In this document: positions 20,950 through 30,190 of the stretch, in pieces
Layout: each line of letters opens with the position of its first letter
Numbering within the stretch: the stretch's first letter is position 1
Assembly (NCBI GenBank): GCA_964653195.1
Contig: CAZZCX010000004.1
Coordinates: 173 to 64,172 of the forward strand
Source of the DNA: an uncultured Gammaproteobacteria bacterium
Lineage (GTDB): Bacteria > Patescibacteriota > Microgenomatia > Levybacterales > UBA12049
Reading direction: 5' to 3'
DNA length: 64,000 nt
Made by a program: the position numbers and the translations under genes
Notes under the pieces: model-generated
What the model saw: only the letters and a program-made list of their open reading frames with translations
Database searches by the model: none
Told to the model about the DNA's origin: nothing

Positions 20950-21540
20950 ATGCTCGCAACTAATATACTTATATTACCTACTATTAGAAGAAAAAATGGT
21001 GAAACTATATTTATTAAATCTGTTGAACGGATACTTAATAAATTTATATTTTTCTTATCTGCAAATGACAAAATACTTGATCTAGGCTCAGGCACTTGTA
21101 TGTTTACACGTATTCTTAAAAATAAAGGATTTAACATTACACCTGTAGATATCAAAAACAGAAGTTATTACGAAGATATAACACCGATTATTTATGACGG
21201 TAAAAAATTACCATTCAAAAATGATTCCTTTGATATGTGCATGCTGATCGCAGTTTTGCACCATACCCAAAATCCAGAAATCGTGCTTAAAGAAGCAATG
21301 CGGGTTTCAAAAAAAATCATATTACTCGAAGATATATATACTAATACTCCGCAAAAACTATATACCTATTTTATAGATAGTTTACTAAACAAGGAATTTA
21401 TCGGACATCCCCATACAAATAAAATGAATTCTGAATGGCTAGCGTTATTTAAAAAGCTAGGGTTAAAATTAGTGAAAAAAGAATACTCAAAAGCTTACGG
21501 TTTCCTCCAAAACGCTACCTATTATCTTGAGAAAATTTAA
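20950..21540 (+). CDS. Class I SAM-dependent methyltransferase
   Basis: 'ILDLGSGTCMFTRIL' motif I, with acidic motif II and motif III downstream; 196 aa. Confidence 0.7.
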   Translation: MLATNILILPTIRRKNGETIFIKSVERILNKFIFFLSANDKILDLGSGTCMFTRILKNKGFNITPVDIKNRSYYEDITPIIYDGKKLPFKNDSFDMCMLIAVLHHTQNPEIVLKEAMRVSKKIILLEDIYTNTPQKLYTYFIDSLLNKEFIGHPHTNKMNSEWLALFKKLGLKLVKKEYSKAYGFLQNATYYLEKI

Positions 21541-21561
21541 TGATAAATCTTTAACTGCTAT

Positions 21562-22191
21562 TTATTGACTGACAAGCATATTAAATTTATGCAATAGTTC
21601 CCGGTTCGATTTGTCAAGATCGGTCGGATCATAAAGAAATGTATTCCAGCCATGATCTTCTGCTTTATCAATATGTTCAGTTGTATTTTCTATATAGAAT
21701 ATTTGTTCTCCTTTAAAACCAGCTTTCCTCTCGGCAAGTTCGAACATCAAATTATCTGATTTTGATACTCCTTCAATGCTCGAATCAATCACTACATCCC
21801 ATTTAATATCTGGCAAGATACCTTTTGCTTTAATTGCCTCAAGCATTCCCGTATATTGAATTGTAAATAATCCGATTCTACACTTCTTATGAATAACATC
21901 TATCACCGGCCAGATAGACATATTTACTTTAAAGCACTTTACAAAACCATCTAAAAGAAGCGAATAATTAGCTGAGATATTGGGATTAAATTTTTGTTTA
22001 ATAATTGGGAGTAAACTATCTACATCCTTTCCTGTATAAATATCATATTTATGCTTGTCCCATAATTCATTAAATTCTTTTTTTTGATCAGGCTTTATCC
22101 CCAACTCATCTAAGAGTTCAGACCACTTGTCTGTTCCACTAAAATCCTGCATAACTACACCGCCAACGTCAAAGTATACAAAGTGAATCAT
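21562..22191 (-). CDS. HAD-like hydrolase superfamily protein (degenerate motif I)
   Basis: N-terminal 'VYFDVGGVV' (HAD motif I with Gly replacing the second Asp) and C-terminal 'FYIENTTEHIDKAEDHGW' motif IV-like. Confidence 0.45.
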   Translation of the reverse strand: MIHFVYFDVGGVVMQDFSGTDKWSELLDELGIKPDQKKEFNELWDKHKYDIYTGKDVDSLLPIIKQKFNPNISANYSLLLDGFVKCFKVNMSIWPVIDVIHKKCRIGLFTIQYTGMLEAIKAKGILPDIKWDVVIDSSIEGVSKSDNLMFELAERKAGFKGEQIFYIENTTEHIDKAEDHGWNTFLYDPTDLDKSNRELLHKFNMLVSQ

Positions 22192-22278
22192 TTTTAATTA
22201 TATTTGATGAGTCTGACCTACCCTCATTATAGCAAACGTATTAAATACATTAAATACAATATTCTTATACGTTTATTT

Positions 22279-22312
22279 AAGTGGGGACGGGAATCTACAT
22301 TCGTCCCCACTT
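22279..22312 (-). terminator. GC-rich stem-loop downstream of argG (putative transcription terminator)
   Basis: Perfect 11-bp inverted repeat aagtggggacg / cgtccccactt with a 12-nt loop, immediately 3' of the argG stop. The U-tract is weak. Confidence 0.45.
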
Positions 22313-22335
22313 TCAATATTTACCTTATATTGACT

Positions 22336-23583
22336 TTATTTTTGATTAGCCAATTTCATTTGTAAGGTATAAATTTCAGTAAAACCAGCACTAGCATTTA
22401 CATTGAATGCATATCCCTCAGAGTTATTAAATGATGTCTGAGGTAATCCATATGGTGATTTCATCGCTAATATATCAACTTTCCCTTTAAATAACTTAAC
22501 AATAACTTCACCAGTCACCTTTTCATTAACTTTCTCATTAAAAACATTTATTGCCTGCATAGCTGGATCGAGCCACATTGCTCCATAACAAAGATAACCC
22601 CATTTGATGTCCATAATCTCCTTAATCTCATTAAGTACCCTGGTATTTACATATTTTTCCAATGCTTTATGAGCTTCAATAATCACATGAGCAGCAGGTA
22701 ATTCGTAGACTCCACCATTTTTTAGACCGACAAGTCTGTCTTCAAACATAGAGACAATACCTACACCATGATTACCGGCAATATGATTAAGTGCAATAAT
22801 AAGTTGTGATAGGATCATCTCTTGACCATTTATTGCATGTGGTATACCTTTTTTAAATGATAAGTTTACTAACTCCGGTTTATCGGGTGCTTTCTCGGGT
22901 AATGTATAGGTTTTTAAGAACTTTTCAAACTGAGGAATTTGTTCAGGCTCCTCTATTTCTCCCCCTTCCCATGTCATACCCCACATGTTGTCGTCAACTG
23001 AATATGGAAAATCAATTGAAGCAGGTACGGGTATACCATGTTTTTGAGCATACATTATTTCCTCTTCTCTATCCATGTTCCACTCCCTCACTGGTGCAAT
23101 AATTTTTATTTGTGGTTCATGAGTCAAAATGTATCCCTCTAACCTCACCTGGTCATTTCCTTTACCGGTACATCCATGCGCTATACAATCAGCTCCTGTC
23201 TTCTTCGCCATCTCTACTGCTTTTTTCGCAATAACTGCCCTGCCTATAGGTGTAGACAAATGGTAATCACCCTGATATCTGGCGTTTGCCAGTATACCCT
23301 TTGAGAGATATTCTTCAGCAAATTCATTTTTAACATCCAAGGTAATTGCTTTCGCAGCTCCGAAACTTAATGCTTTATTTTGAATTACTTTTAAATCGTC
23401 ATGTTGTTGCCCCAAATCAAGTGTTAATGTTATAACTTCAGCTTTATAATGATCCAGTATCCATTTAAGCATTACTGATGTATCTAAACCTCCTGAATAA
23501 AGAAGTAACACTTTCTTAATATCACCCTTTTTTGCTTCATACGATGCTACCTTAATATATTTTGATTTATTCATTTTTATCAC
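22336..23583 (-). CDS. argG: Argininosuccinate synthase
   Basis: PP-loop 'VLLLYSGGLDTSVMLKWI', 415 aa; overlaps argH by 17 nt. Confidence 0.9.
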   Translation of the reverse strand: MIKMNKSKYIKVASYEAKKGDIKKVLLLYSGGLDTSVMLKWILDHYKAEVITLTLDLGQQHDDLKVIQNKALSFGAAKAITLDVKNEFAEEYLSKGILANARYQGDYHLSTPIGRAVIAKKAVEMAKKTGADCIAHGCTGKGNDQVRLEGYILTHEPQIKIIAPVREWNMDREEEIMYAQKHGIPVPASIDFPYSVDDNMWGMTWEGGEIEEPEQIPQFEKFLKTYTLPEKAPDKPELVNLSFKKGIPHAINGQEMILSQLIIALNHIAGNHGVGIVSMFEDRLVGLKNGGVYELPAAHVIIEAHKALEKYVNTRVLNEIKEIMDIKWGYLCYGAMWLDPAMQAINVFNEKVNEKVTGEVIVKLFKGKVDILAMKSPYGLPQTSFNNSEGYAFNVNASAGFTEIYTLQMKLANQK

Positions 23584-24931
23584 CCCCTTTCACTAATGTT
23601 TTTATAGTAAATTTATACTTTTTATGTTCATACTTATAATCATTCATTTCTTTCTTTATTAGATCAGAATATATTTCTAGCCCTAAACACCCAGTTCCGC
23701 CAATATGTTCAGATTGTTTAAGGACATTACTAATAGTTATTGAATTTACTTTAGGAGAATTTGAGCTTACTATTTGATACGCCTCCCTGAATGACATTCC
23801 ATTTTTTACAAGATCTATAGCTTTATGTGTTGCAAATAACTCAGGCGTTAACGCATTTTTAAGTTTGACTTTATTTGGAGTTATATTTGAAATCAATATC
23901 TTCGCTACCTTTATGCTATCCTGACTAACTTCTAGACTAACCATAAACGGTTTTTTGCTGTCCTGTAAATCCCTGTTGTAACCAGATATTAAGTTGCTTG
24001 AGAGACTAAGAATTTGAATATAATTCCCTGCGGTTATATGAACTTTACTTCTTAATAACTCAGCAATATCAACATTATTTTTCTGAGGCATAATACTGCT
24101 TCCGGAACAAAGCTTTTTTGCTATTTTGAAATAATCAAATTCTGAAGTTGTAAAAAGTAACACATCAGTAGCGAATTTGTTTATATCCAGTAAAATATTG
24201 TTTAGCGCGGATAGAATAATAGCTTCTATCTTTCCTCTTGAGTTTTGACAATATAATGAATTTAGTTGTAATTTACTAAAGCCAAGTAGCTCGCTAACAT
24301 ATTCCCGATCAAGTGGCAAAGGTACTCCGTAGCCCGCAGCAGACCCGAGTGGTGATTTATCGTTTAATGAATATGATACTTTTAAAACATTAAGGTCATC
24401 AAAAAACGCTTCAATAAAAGCTCCAGCCCACATACCGACTGATGAAGGCATAGCTTTTTGAGTATGAGTATAACCAGGTATAACCTGAAATTCATATTTT
24501 TTTGCAAATACTAGAAAACTCTCGATAAGCAAAAGAAGGTTTTTCCAAATATATAGCAACTTTTCTTTAGAGAAAAGTCTCATTGCAGTAAGAACCTGAT
24601 CATTCCGTGATCTGCCTGTATGTACTTTCTTGCCGACATCACCATATTTGACTATTAAAAAATTCTCAATTTTGGTGTGTATGTCTTCATCTCCCTGTTC
24701 TAATATAAAGTTATTTATTTTTATAAGATAAAGAATTTCAGCAAAGCCAGATAGAAGCTTACTTTGCTCTTGTTTCTGTAGGATTCCAATTTTTGTCAAC
24801 ATTCTCACATGAGCAATCGAACCATACACATCGTATATAGCGAGGTATTGATCCAGCAAAAGATCATCCTTCGTTTCAAAAGATTCAATAAATGAGTCAA
24901 GTTCCCAATTTTTTTGCCAAAGCTTTTTCAT
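23567..24931 (-). CDS. argH: Argininosuccinate lyase
   Basis: Fumarate-lyase signature 'GSSIMPQKNN' and 'TGRSRNDQV'. Start placed at the ATG of 'MKKLWQK'. The 13 upstream codons of the ORF track (TTG start) are the terminator hairpin and U-tract of the leader. Confidence 0.85.
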   Translation of the reverse strand: MKKLWQKNWELDSFIESFETKDDLLLDQYLAIYDVYGSIAHVRMLTKIGILQKQEQSKLLSGFAEILYLIKINNFILEQGDEDIHTKIENFLIVKYGDVGKKVHTGRSRNDQVLTAMRLFSKEKLLYIWKNLLLLIESFLVFAKKYEFQVIPGYTHTQKAMPSSVGMWAGAFIEAFFDDLNVLKVSYSLNDKSPLGSAAGYGVPLPLDREYVSELLGFSKLQLNSLYCQNSRGKIEAIILSALNNILLDINKFATDVLLFTTSEFDYFKIAKKLCSGSSIMPQKNNVDIAELLRSKVHITAGNYIQILSLSSNLISGYNRDLQDSKKPFMVSLEVSQDSIKVAKILISNITPNKVKLKNALTPELFATHKAIDLVKNGMSFREAYQIVSSNSPKVNSITISNVLKQSEHIGGTGCLGLEIYSDLIKKEMNDYKYEHKKYKFTIKTLVKGGDKNE

Positions 24932-25220
24932 AGTTTTTCCACTAAAAAACCCGTCTCTGAAAATAACCAAAAACAGTTATTTCCAAGGACGGGATTGCAC
25001 CGTGGTACCACCTTGCTTTCATAAGCCACAAAAAATCCACCTTACGGTGGAACAAACAGAAATTGTAGCTAATGCTTATTATCTGCGCTCCGTTTCCGAC
25101 ACGCATTGTCTTATTTTTACGGTTGACTTCCGTCGTAGTTATTCCTGAAATTTACTTCAGGATTTCTTCTACGCAGCTTGTCTACTGCGGTAGACTCAAA
25201 CGCATTTATTAAATTGTTAT
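24932..25220 (-). promoter_or_regulatory. T-box riboswitch-like leader of argH-argG
   Basis: Antiterminator reads 5'-AAGG[UGGUACC]ACGG-ugcaauc-CCGU-CCUU on the minus strand (+25001-25015 core), 15/19 to the T-box consensus AAUUAGGGUGGNACCGCGG. A mutually exclusive terminator (CCCGUC..GACGGG + UUUUUU, +24945-24994) ends 13 nt before the argH ATG. A stem-III-like hairpin lies just upstream. Confidence 0.65.
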
Positions 25221-25226
25221 AAATAA

Positions 25227-25254
25227 TTATATCAAAAATGTAAAACTTGTCAAT
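25227..25254 (-). promoter_or_regulatory. Consensus sigma70-type promoter (TTGACA, 16-nt spacer, TATAAT) for the arg leader
   Basis: Minus strand reads TTGACAagttttacatttttgaTATAAT, starting 4 nt after the secA stop codon. Confidence 0.6.
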
Positions 25255-25259
25255 AACTA

Positions 25260-28028
25260 CTATCGGCCGTGGCACTTCTTATATTTTTTTCCACTTCCGC
25301 ACCAGCATGGATCGTTTCTACCTATTTTTTTATTTACAACTGGCTTGACTATATGTTTACTAGGAGCGCTACCTGCAGCTTGCTGTATACGGTCAGGGCC
25401 AGCTGCAAAACCTGCTCTCTGCCCTTTGCTCTCTGCCTTTTGCTCTTCGTTCTTAATTAAATGCGTATGCTGATGAGGTACTATTTGCGGTTGGATTTTA
25501 AAAATTCTATTCACTATCTCATCATCTATAGCGAAGACTAATTGCTCAAACATCTTGAATGCCTCATTTTTATATTCAACTAAAGGATCTTTCTGGGCAT
25601 ATCCTCGAAGTCCGATCCCTCCGCGTAAGTCATCTATAGCATCCAAATGATCCATCCACAATCTATCTATAGAACCTAAAATTACAAATTTTTCCATCTT
25701 ACGAGTCAATGAGGATCCAAATTGCGTCTCTTTCTTTTTATAAATATCATGAGCTATATCTTTTAGAAACTCTATCTTCTCCGTAGCTTCATTGCGTTGC
25801 ATGAGTTGTTTTTCTATCTGCTTTAAAGAAGAAGTATCAAAAGGAATTACAGTCTGAAATCTTTCTAGAATTCTTTCATTTACCGAATCTGAACTACTAT
25901 TGTTTTCTGATTCAGCTAGGGATATTTTTACAAATGTTTCGACTGCTTTGTCTACTTTTTCAAGTGTCTCATCACGAAGCAAACTACCTTCGTCATCTTT
26001 GGATTTGGTTTTATTTTGCTCCATATCCTCTTTCGCTTCAAGTATTCTTCTTCGCATTCCATAAACAATTTCTCTTTGTTTATTTAGAACGTCATCATAT
26101 TCCACCAAATGCTTACGGATATCGAAATTAAATCCTTCTACTTTGACTTGTGCATGCTCTATAGAACGGGTCACAAGAGCATGTTCAAGCGGAACATCCT
26201 CAGGCATATTAAACCGTGTCATAAGACCTGAAATCCGATCTCCGCCGAAAAGCCTCATGATATCGTCATCAAGAGAAACATAAAATCTGCTGGCACCTGG
26301 ATCTCCTTGTCGACCTGACCGGCCTCTAAGCTGATTATCGATTCTTCGCGATTCATGACGCTCTGTCCCTATCACATATAAACCACCTAGAGTGAGCACT
26401 TCATCGTGCATCTTTTTCCACGCTTTCCACTCACTGGAATTTATATCCGGCGTACCATCTTTTCCTTTAGGACTTTCTCCACCAAGTACAATATCTACTC
26501 CTCGTCCTGCCATATTTGTAGCCACAGTTACTGCTCCTTTTTTACCTGCCTGCGCGATAATTTGAGCTTCTCTCGCATGGTTTTTCGCATTTAATACTTC
26601 ATGTTTGATTCCGCGTCTCCTTAGAAGTTGTGAAAGAATTTCATTTTTATCTATTGAAGTGGTACCAACCAAAACCGGCTGTCCAATCTTATGGGCATTC
26701 TCAATATCATTTACAACAGCTGTCAACTTAGCTCTAGTTGTCTTATATACAGCATCGGCTGAATCAATACGAATCATTGGGTTGTTGGTAGGTATAACGA
26801 CTACTTCTAATTTGTAAATTTTCTGAAACTCCTCAGCTTCAGTCACCGCTGTACCTGTCATACCAGCAAGGTGCGTATACATGCGGAAATAATTCTGAAG
26901 AGAAACAGTGGCCAATGTTTTCGATTCTCTTTGAATTGGGACACTTTCCTTTGCTTCAATTGCCTGATGTATTCCTTCAGATAGTCTTCTGCCTTCCATC
27001 AAGCGACCAGTAAATTCATCAACTAAAATTACCTGATTATCACGCACTATATAATCTTTTTCTTTATGAAAAAGAGTACGAGCTTTTAATGCTGCTTCCA
27101 AATGATAAACAGTATCAAAATCCTTCTCATAAATATCTGTTATACCGTATAGTTTCTCGATTTTTCCTATTCCATGATCCGTAAGATGTGCTGTTCGCAG
27201 CTTCTCATCAATTTTATAATCGATATCTGATGTTAACTTATCAACTACTTTTGAGTATTCGTAATATTTCTGAGAAGGCTCTTCATCAGGCTGTGAGATA
27301 ATATGCGGAGTCCGGGCTTCATCAATAAGAACTGAATCTACCTCATCTACAACAGCAAAATAATAACCTCTCTGCGAAAGATCAGATTCTTCTTGAGCCA
27401 TATTATCGCGTAAATAATCAAAACCAAACTCTGAATTAATACCGTATGTTACATCAGCCATATATGCATCCTTTCTCTCCACTGGCTTAAGATGCATTAG
27501 GCGATAATCAATGGCTTCTGAATCGGTAAAGGACGTATCATAGATATACGACTTATCATGAATTATGGAAGATACTTTTACACCTAAGAGATCAAAAACA
27601 GGTCCCATCCAACCGGCATCACGACGAGCGAGGTAATCATTTACTGTGACCAAATGAACATTTTTCCCTGTTAAACTATGCAAATATAAGGCTGGAATAG
27701 CAGATAAAGTCTTTCCTTCTCCAGTTTTCTGTTCTGCTATTTTTCCTCTAGCTAAAGCAATAGAGGCCATAAGCTGAACATCAAAATGCCTAAGACCTAG
27801 TGATCTTTTTGAAGCTTCACGTACCAGCGCAAATGCTTCAGGCAATAGCGAATCGAGAGATTCTCCATCTTTAAATCTTTGTTTAAACTCTTCTGTTTTT
27901 TTACTGAAATCTTTTACCTTTAATTTTTCAGCATCTTTTTCCAATTCATTAATTTGAACCACGATGGAGCTAAGTTTTTTGATTTCTTTATCGTTGGAGT
28001 TTATAAAACGGTTGAGGAATGAAAGCAT
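25260..28028 (-). CDS. secA: Preprotein translocase ATPase SecA
   Basis: 922 aa, DEAD-like motor motifs and the C-terminal zinc-finger 'CWCGSGKKYKKCHG'. Confidence 0.95.
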   Translation of the reverse strand: MLSFLNRFINSNDKEIKKLSSIVVQINELEKDAEKLKVKDFSKKTEEFKQRFKDGESLDSLLPEAFALVREASKRSLGLRHFDVQLMASIALARGKIAEQKTGEGKTLSAIPALYLHSLTGKNVHLVTVNDYLARRDAGWMGPVFDLLGVKVSSIIHDKSYIYDTSFTDSEAIDYRLMHLKPVERKDAYMADVTYGINSEFGFDYLRDNMAQEESDLSQRGYYFAVVDEVDSVLIDEARTPHIISQPDEEPSQKYYEYSKVVDKLTSDIDYKIDEKLRTAHLTDHGIGKIEKLYGITDIYEKDFDTVYHLEAALKARTLFHKEKDYIVRDNQVILVDEFTGRLMEGRRLSEGIHQAIEAKESVPIQRESKTLATVSLQNYFRMYTHLAGMTGTAVTEAEEFQKIYKLEVVVIPTNNPMIRIDSADAVYKTTRAKLTAVVNDIENAHKIGQPVLVGTTSIDKNEILSQLLRRRGIKHEVLNAKNHAREAQIIAQAGKKGAVTVATNMAGRGVDIVLGGESPKGKDGTPDINSSEWKAWKKMHDEVLTLGGLYVIGTERHESRRIDNQLRGRSGRQGDPGASRFYVSLDDDIMRLFGGDRISGLMTRFNMPEDVPLEHALVTRSIEHAQVKVEGFNFDIRKHLVEYDDVLNKQREIVYGMRRRILEAKEDMEQNKTKSKDDEGSLLRDETLEKVDKAVETFVKISLAESENNSSSDSVNERILERFQTVIPFDTSSLKQIEKQLMQRNEATEKIEFLKDIAHDIYKKKETQFGSSLTRKMEKFVILGSIDRLWMDHLDAIDDLRGGIGLRGYAQKDPLVEYKNEAFKMFEQLVFAIDDEIVNRIFKIQPQIVPHQHTHLIKNEEQKAESKGQRAGFAAGPDRIQQAAGSAPSKHIVKPVVNKKIGRNDPCWCGSGKKYKKCHGR

Positions 28029-28078
28029 AGCAACTTATTCTAACATAGAATAGCTTCAATTTAAAGCTATCAGAAACG

Positions 28079-28107
28079 ATAATCCCCTCCGTAGGGCAGG
28101 GGATTAT
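28079..28107 (-). terminator. Stem-loop between serS and secA (possible serS terminator or secA leader structure)
   Basis: 10-bp inverted repeat ataatcccct / aggggattat with a 9-nt loop. Confidence 0.35.
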
Positions 28108-28283
28108 AAGTAATGCAAATGATAAATTAAAGAAATTTATCAACTATATCTGCAAGCTTTCCCAAACCGAAAGAAAACAGATACCGGTATGGTCTACTTT
28201 TTAAGAAATTTTGTCAAGATTTACAATAGCTTCGGATATTTACTTTTAGATTGGATTAACAATCAGTTTCAAACACAGAAACA

Positions 28284-29543
28284 TTAAATACCTAATATTT
28301 CCTTACCCATGTATTTTTGAAGAACTTGAGGAATTTTGACAGTTCCATCTTTTGTTTGAAAATTTTCAAGTATTGCTATTATTGTCCTTCCGATAGCAAA
28401 AGCAGTCCCATTTAAAACACAAAGGTACTTAGTTTTTTCTCCATCTTTATATCGCATATTCAAACGGCGAGATTGAAAATCAGTACACGTAGATGTAGAA
28501 GTTACTTCCCGATACTTCTTTTGACTCGGCATCCATGCTTCAATATCATATTTTCGAGCTGCCGGAAAACCAAGATCCCCTGAGCACATTTTCACAACCT
28601 GGTAAGGGATATCCAACGACTGAAAAAGTTTTTCTTCAAGGCTTAGTAGATACTCATGTTCTTTATCATCTTCACCCTCAGGCACGAAAGATACCATTTC
28701 TACCTTATCAAATTGATGAACTCGTAAGATACCCCTTGTATCTTTTCCATATGACCCAGCTTCCCGTCTAAATGATGGTGAGAATCCAACATATCGCATT
28801 GGCAAATCTTTACTTTTTAGTGTCTCATCCATATGCATAGGCACCAATGACTGCTCGGCAGTTCCCACCAAAACTAAATTATCGGATGGAATCTGAAACA
28901 TATCCTCATCCCCTCCATTTTCCATATACCCAAGTCCAGACATTGTCTCACGCTTTATAAGGACAGGTGGAGCTACCGGAATAAAACCTTCCGCAGTAAG
29001 TAAATCCAATGCAAAACGAACGAGGGCCCACTGAAGAAATACTCCGTCTCCCTTCAAATATGCAAATCTGGCACCTGATACTTTCGCAGCTCTTTCCATA
29101 TCCAGAATTCCTAAGCTTTCTCCCAGCTCTAGATGATCTTTGGGAATAAATGCGAATTGGTTAGGCTCTTTATATTTTCTGATTACATCATTTTCGCTAT
29201 CATCCTTACCTGTTTTTACATCTGTTTTTGGTGGATTCGGAATAGTAAGAAGTATAATATGAAGTGCATCTTGTAGTTTTTTCAATTCTAAATCCGCTTT
29301 ATCAAGATCAGCTTTAAGTAATTTACCCTTCTCAATTAGAGATTTTCTTTCATCGTCTTTAGCAATTGAGACTTGTTTGGCGAATATATTTCTCTGTTCT
29401 CTAAACTTTTGAGTTTCAAGAATTAATGGCTTTATTTTAGATGCCAGCTCTACAATTTTTTCAACATCTATAGTTACGCCTTTACTCAAAGCAGAATCTT
29501 TTATCAATTCTGGATTTTCTAATATGTAATTTAAATCAAGCAT
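28284..29543 (-). CDS. serS: Seryl-tRNA synthetase
   Basis: N-terminal coiled-coil 'MLDLNYILENPELIKD' and class II core motifs. Start moved to the internal Met, consistent with SerRS N-termini. Confidence 0.9.
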   Translation of the reverse strand: MLDLNYILENPELIKDSALSKGVTIDVEKIVELASKIKPLILETQKFREQRNIFAKQVSIAKDDERKSLIEKGKLLKADLDKADLELKKLQDALHIILLTIPNPPKTDVKTGKDDSENDVIRKYKEPNQFAFIPKDHLELGESLGILDMERAAKVSGARFAYLKGDGVFLQWALVRFALDLLTAEGFIPVAPPVLIKRETMSGLGYMENGGDEDMFQIPSDNLVLVGTAEQSLVPMHMDETLKSKDLPMRYVGFSPSFRREAGSYGKDTRGILRVHQFDKVEMVSFVPEGEDDKEHEYLLSLEEKLFQSLDIPYQVVKMCSGDLGFPAARKYDIEAWMPSQKKYREVTSTSTCTDFQSRRLNMRYKDGEKTKYLCVLNGTAFAIGRTIIAILENFQTKDGTVKIPQVLQKYMGKEILGI

Positions 29544-29673
29544 ACTATTTACTAAAGGGATTATATTCCATTTACTAAAACCGGTCAACTTGAACCTGCA
29601 GCTAGATTAAATCTATTATTAATTTCAAATACAGATTGTGGGTATTTAGATATAAATTATTTATATAGGAGAG

Positions 29674-30054
29674 CTACTTTTTCTTAGCTTTACGGGGTGT
29701 AGCTTTAGTTTTACTTGCGCTTGAAACTTTCGCTTTAGCAGCTTTTTTCGCAGTCTTTACCGCCTTGGCAGCTTTTGTAGCCTTTACAGATTTCTTTTTA
29801 CTTACGACTCCTGATAACGCTCCGCTTGCCACTTTTGTAAGAGATGATTTAAGCCTTGCTGCCTTATTATCATGAAGTATATTTTTTTTTGCGGCTTTAT
29901 CTATAGCTTGATAAGCAGCAGAAATAGCTTCAGTAGTTTTCTCAAGCTTGGCCACTTTTAGTAATTTCTTGTATGCTTTTTTGATCTTCAAGTTGTCAGC
30001 TGTACGCTTTTTATCCTGTCTAAGCTTTTTTTTGGCGTGTTTTAATACTGGCAT
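29674..30054 (-). CDS. rpsT: Ribosomal protein bS20 with C-terminal Lys/Ala-rich histone H1-like extension
   Basis: N-terminal ~85 aa 'HAKKKLRQDKKRTADNLKIKKAYKK...ILHDNKAARLKSSLTKV' matches the bS20 pattern. The C-terminal ~40 aa is KAAKAVKTAKKAAKAK-type low complexity. Confidence 0.7.
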   Translation of the reverse strand: MPVLKHAKKKLRQDKKRTADNLKIKKAYKKLLKVAKLEKTTEAISAAYQAIDKAAKKNILHDNKAARLKSSLTKVASGALSGVVSKKKSVKATKAAKAVKTAKKAAKAKVSSASKTKATPRKAKKK

Positions 30055-30110
30055 TCACGTATTTTAGCATGCTATACTTGAAAAGACAATATCAACAAGA
30101 TATTTGGAGG

Positions 30111-30190
30111 CTAAGATATTGAGATATTAAGCAATTTTCTCCCTAATTATCTTAATATCCTTATATCTTAATAACTTAATATCTTAGTCT
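30111..30190. repeat. ~80-bp palindromic intergenic element, copy A (abuts the murJ start codon)
   Basis: ctaagatattgagatattaag ... cttaatatccttatatcttaataacttaatatcttagtc. The arms taagatatt / aatatctta are exact reverse complements. Near-identical to copy B at 41125-41204. Confidence 0.7.

Noticed and set aside
24932-24970. The ORF-track N-terminal extension of argH (TTG start, 'MVIFRDGFFSGKT').
   Set aside because: These codons are the GACGGG-UUUUUU terminator of the T-box-like leader. The ArgH-type N-terminus begins at the downstream ATG (MKKLWQK).
24985-25020. A possible tRNA-like 3' end ('gacgggattgcaccgtggtacca').
   Set aside because: No acceptor-stem partner or D- or anticodon arms could be found. 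On the opposite strand the sequence is better explained as the T-box antiterminator (GGUGGUACCACGG).
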